From: Callorhinchus milii
Taxonomy: Eukaryota
Assembly: GCF_018977255.1 (NCBI RefSeq)
Contig: NW_024704748.1
Location: 26,288,001 to 26,352,000, forward strand
Length of the DNA stretch: 64,000 bases
Reading direction: 5' to 3'
Numbering within the stretch: position 1 is the stretch's first letter; every line of letters begins with the position of its first letter. The notes beneath the pieces were generated by a model, which ran no database searches, was not told the origin of the DNA, and saw only the letters and a list, made by a program, of their open reading frames with translations. Positions 62,477 through 64,000 of this stretch are shown here, in pieces. The translations under genes and the position numbers were made by a program.

Positions 62477-64000
62477 GTGTTATTTTTTGGCAGTCATTTT
62501 TTAAATGTGCTACAATGGTTTGTCTAATTTGATGATTATTAACTGCTATGTTTACACAGACAGATTGAAAGCAAATTGCCAGGGTTTCCCCCCCCACACA
62601 CACACACACACAAGTATTAGCTCATATTTGCTGCTGTAAACATCTTGGCTCCAGGCCACTGATTACAAGTTTGTGAAGGGAGGAACCACTACATGTCACG
62701 TCAGTTCATTTCAGGGCAAACAGAGAGAACCTGCTAAGCTGCAGATTATTATATCAACACAATAAAGTGGTGGCAATTAAAACCTCCCGTGCGCGAGAGC
62801 ACACAAGTGTCATTATAACTCTCATTGCAAAAGCACACGACATTCAGAGAATAACACAAGCCTTCCCAGCAGTGACGTGGGCTATCTCTATCTCAAGTGG
62901 CTGCATTGGTGAAACCTTAAGCCACCTCACTGATCGTGCAATTAGATTATCGCGTGCTAAAAGATAGCAAAAGGCAAGGCAGCTCAACTTGGGTGCTCTG
63001 TGTCGCTCTTTAGAGATAGTCGCGGAGTCGAGCGTTGGCTAAAAGAGTTTACAGGTGTTTAAATCCAACCCGTTGAAAGTAATGGATTGAAGATAGCTGC
63101 ACGTTTTGGGGGTTTGTGCATACTTTACAGTCAGCATGTGGTATTAACCAACTGACATCTGCAAGGTTGAATAACCCGCTTCAAACTCTGCAGAACAAAT
63201 CAAGTGGCTCCATGGACCCGTATTGGGGCTTCTTTCTGCTAAGGTCTGACTTGAAGGTGAGTGGACGACAATAACTAATAATAACAATAATAACTGCATT
63301 TGATATCGGACTCTCTCACGTCATTGAGACAACAACAACAAAATTACATTTATAGAGCGCCTTTCACGTCGGGAGGACGTCCCAAGGTCCTGAGACGTCC
63401 CAAAGCACTTCGCAGGACACACTGTAAAGGGGATTGACTGTGTGTGTATTTTGTGGGCGAAAAGAGAGATGAGAGAAGATTGTGGTGGAGTTCACGTTGC
63501 TGTTACTGTTTTGGGTCTTTTGGAGTCTTGGATTGAAGAGAAAAAGGTCTGTTTTGTGTGTGTTATTGACGATTGTAGCTGGTAAAGAAAATTGACTGTC
63601 CAGTTGATGTCTCGCTCTCTTTACTTCCAATCACTGCAGTGTTGGCCCGACTCTTTCTCTACCCCCGTGTGCAAACACCCACCTCTCTTTCTCTAACACA
63701 GCTGACAGTAAGATAATGTCTAGTTTAATGTGATCTACAGGACAGAGGTCAAGGGTGAACACGGAGGTCTTCAGCAAACATTCATTTATATGTCATCAAC
63801 ACCAGTGCTTGTCAGATCAGCCTTCATTTAGGCAACTTAAATCGACACTTGACTATAGACACATCTTGTGGAAGATGTGAGACATGGTCTTGTGAAGGCT
63901 AGAAAATAGTGCGAGCAAGTCGTTGGAAGCTTGAATTCCTAGCTCTCTTCCCCCTTTTTTTCTATAATGACTCCCATTCCAGTGTCACTTTGACGAGACC

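Larger units (their letters stand above)
1..63460. repeat. About 40 further truncated family A SINE pieces. Plus strand approx.: 1, 250, 3680, 4340, 6195, 7490, 8675, 11100, 14895, 23400, 27882, 29080, 31935, 36133, 36500, 37495, 39370, 40575, 40905, 42460, 50370, 50805, 51605, 52880, 56585, 58620, 61275. Minus strand approx.: 10630, 16272, 31018, 32310, 36570, 36860, 37985, 43000, 51085, 52130, 54235, 61812, 63275
   Basis: Recurrent motif ...gtgaagcgctttgagacgtctcgaagacgtgataaggcgctatatcaaatgcaagg(att)n or its reverse complement (27882 is a body-only piece). Positions approximate. Confidence 0.85.
47906..64000 (+). other. TCF7L2: TCF7L2 downstream intron (next constitutive exon, SNKVPVVQHPHH..., not in window)
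   Basis: GTAAGT donor at 47906. No SNKVPVV or HMG-box coding sequence seen in any frame. Confidence 0.85.

Noticed and set aside
1-64000. CRISPR-like array or prokaryotic system suggested by the recurring palindromic repeat
   Set aside because: The repeats are irregularly spaced, on both strands and variably 5'-truncated; they are SINE/LINE tails in a eukaryotic intron.

Overview
Vertebrate, non-coding-dominated genomic DNA. The repeat content (SacSINE1/Deu-type SINEs, shark-type CR1 and Penelope-like pieces, and a very abundant tRNA-Ala-headed SINE with an (ATT)n tail) points to a cartilaginous fish, probably a holocephalan; the taxon is an inference. The window appears to lie inside the TCF7L2 (TCF4, Wnt effector) gene on the + strand. 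Exactly one clear coding exon is present: 47804-47905, 102 nt, [34 protein letters not shown], with canonical AG/GT ends. It is flanked by very long introns holding roughly 55-60 full or truncated copies of one SINE family (hand count), L2 and CR1 LINE 3' ends, older Deu-domain SINEs and repeat-free TAAT-rich blocks that look like conserved enhancers. Almost every other ORF in the track is spurious or repeat-derived. The most interesting observations are: candidate in-frame cassette/micro-exons and recursive-splice (AG|GT) sites in the TCF7L2 introns; a 14-nt match to the recalled flank of the human T2D SNP rs7903146; a modular SINE (tRNA + CORE-like + Deu-like + L2 tail) with swappable 3' stem-loops; several nested insertions with target-site duplications; a hammerhead-remnant Penelope-like insert; and an orphan ~95-nt hairpin. 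I found no convincing novel multi-gene system.
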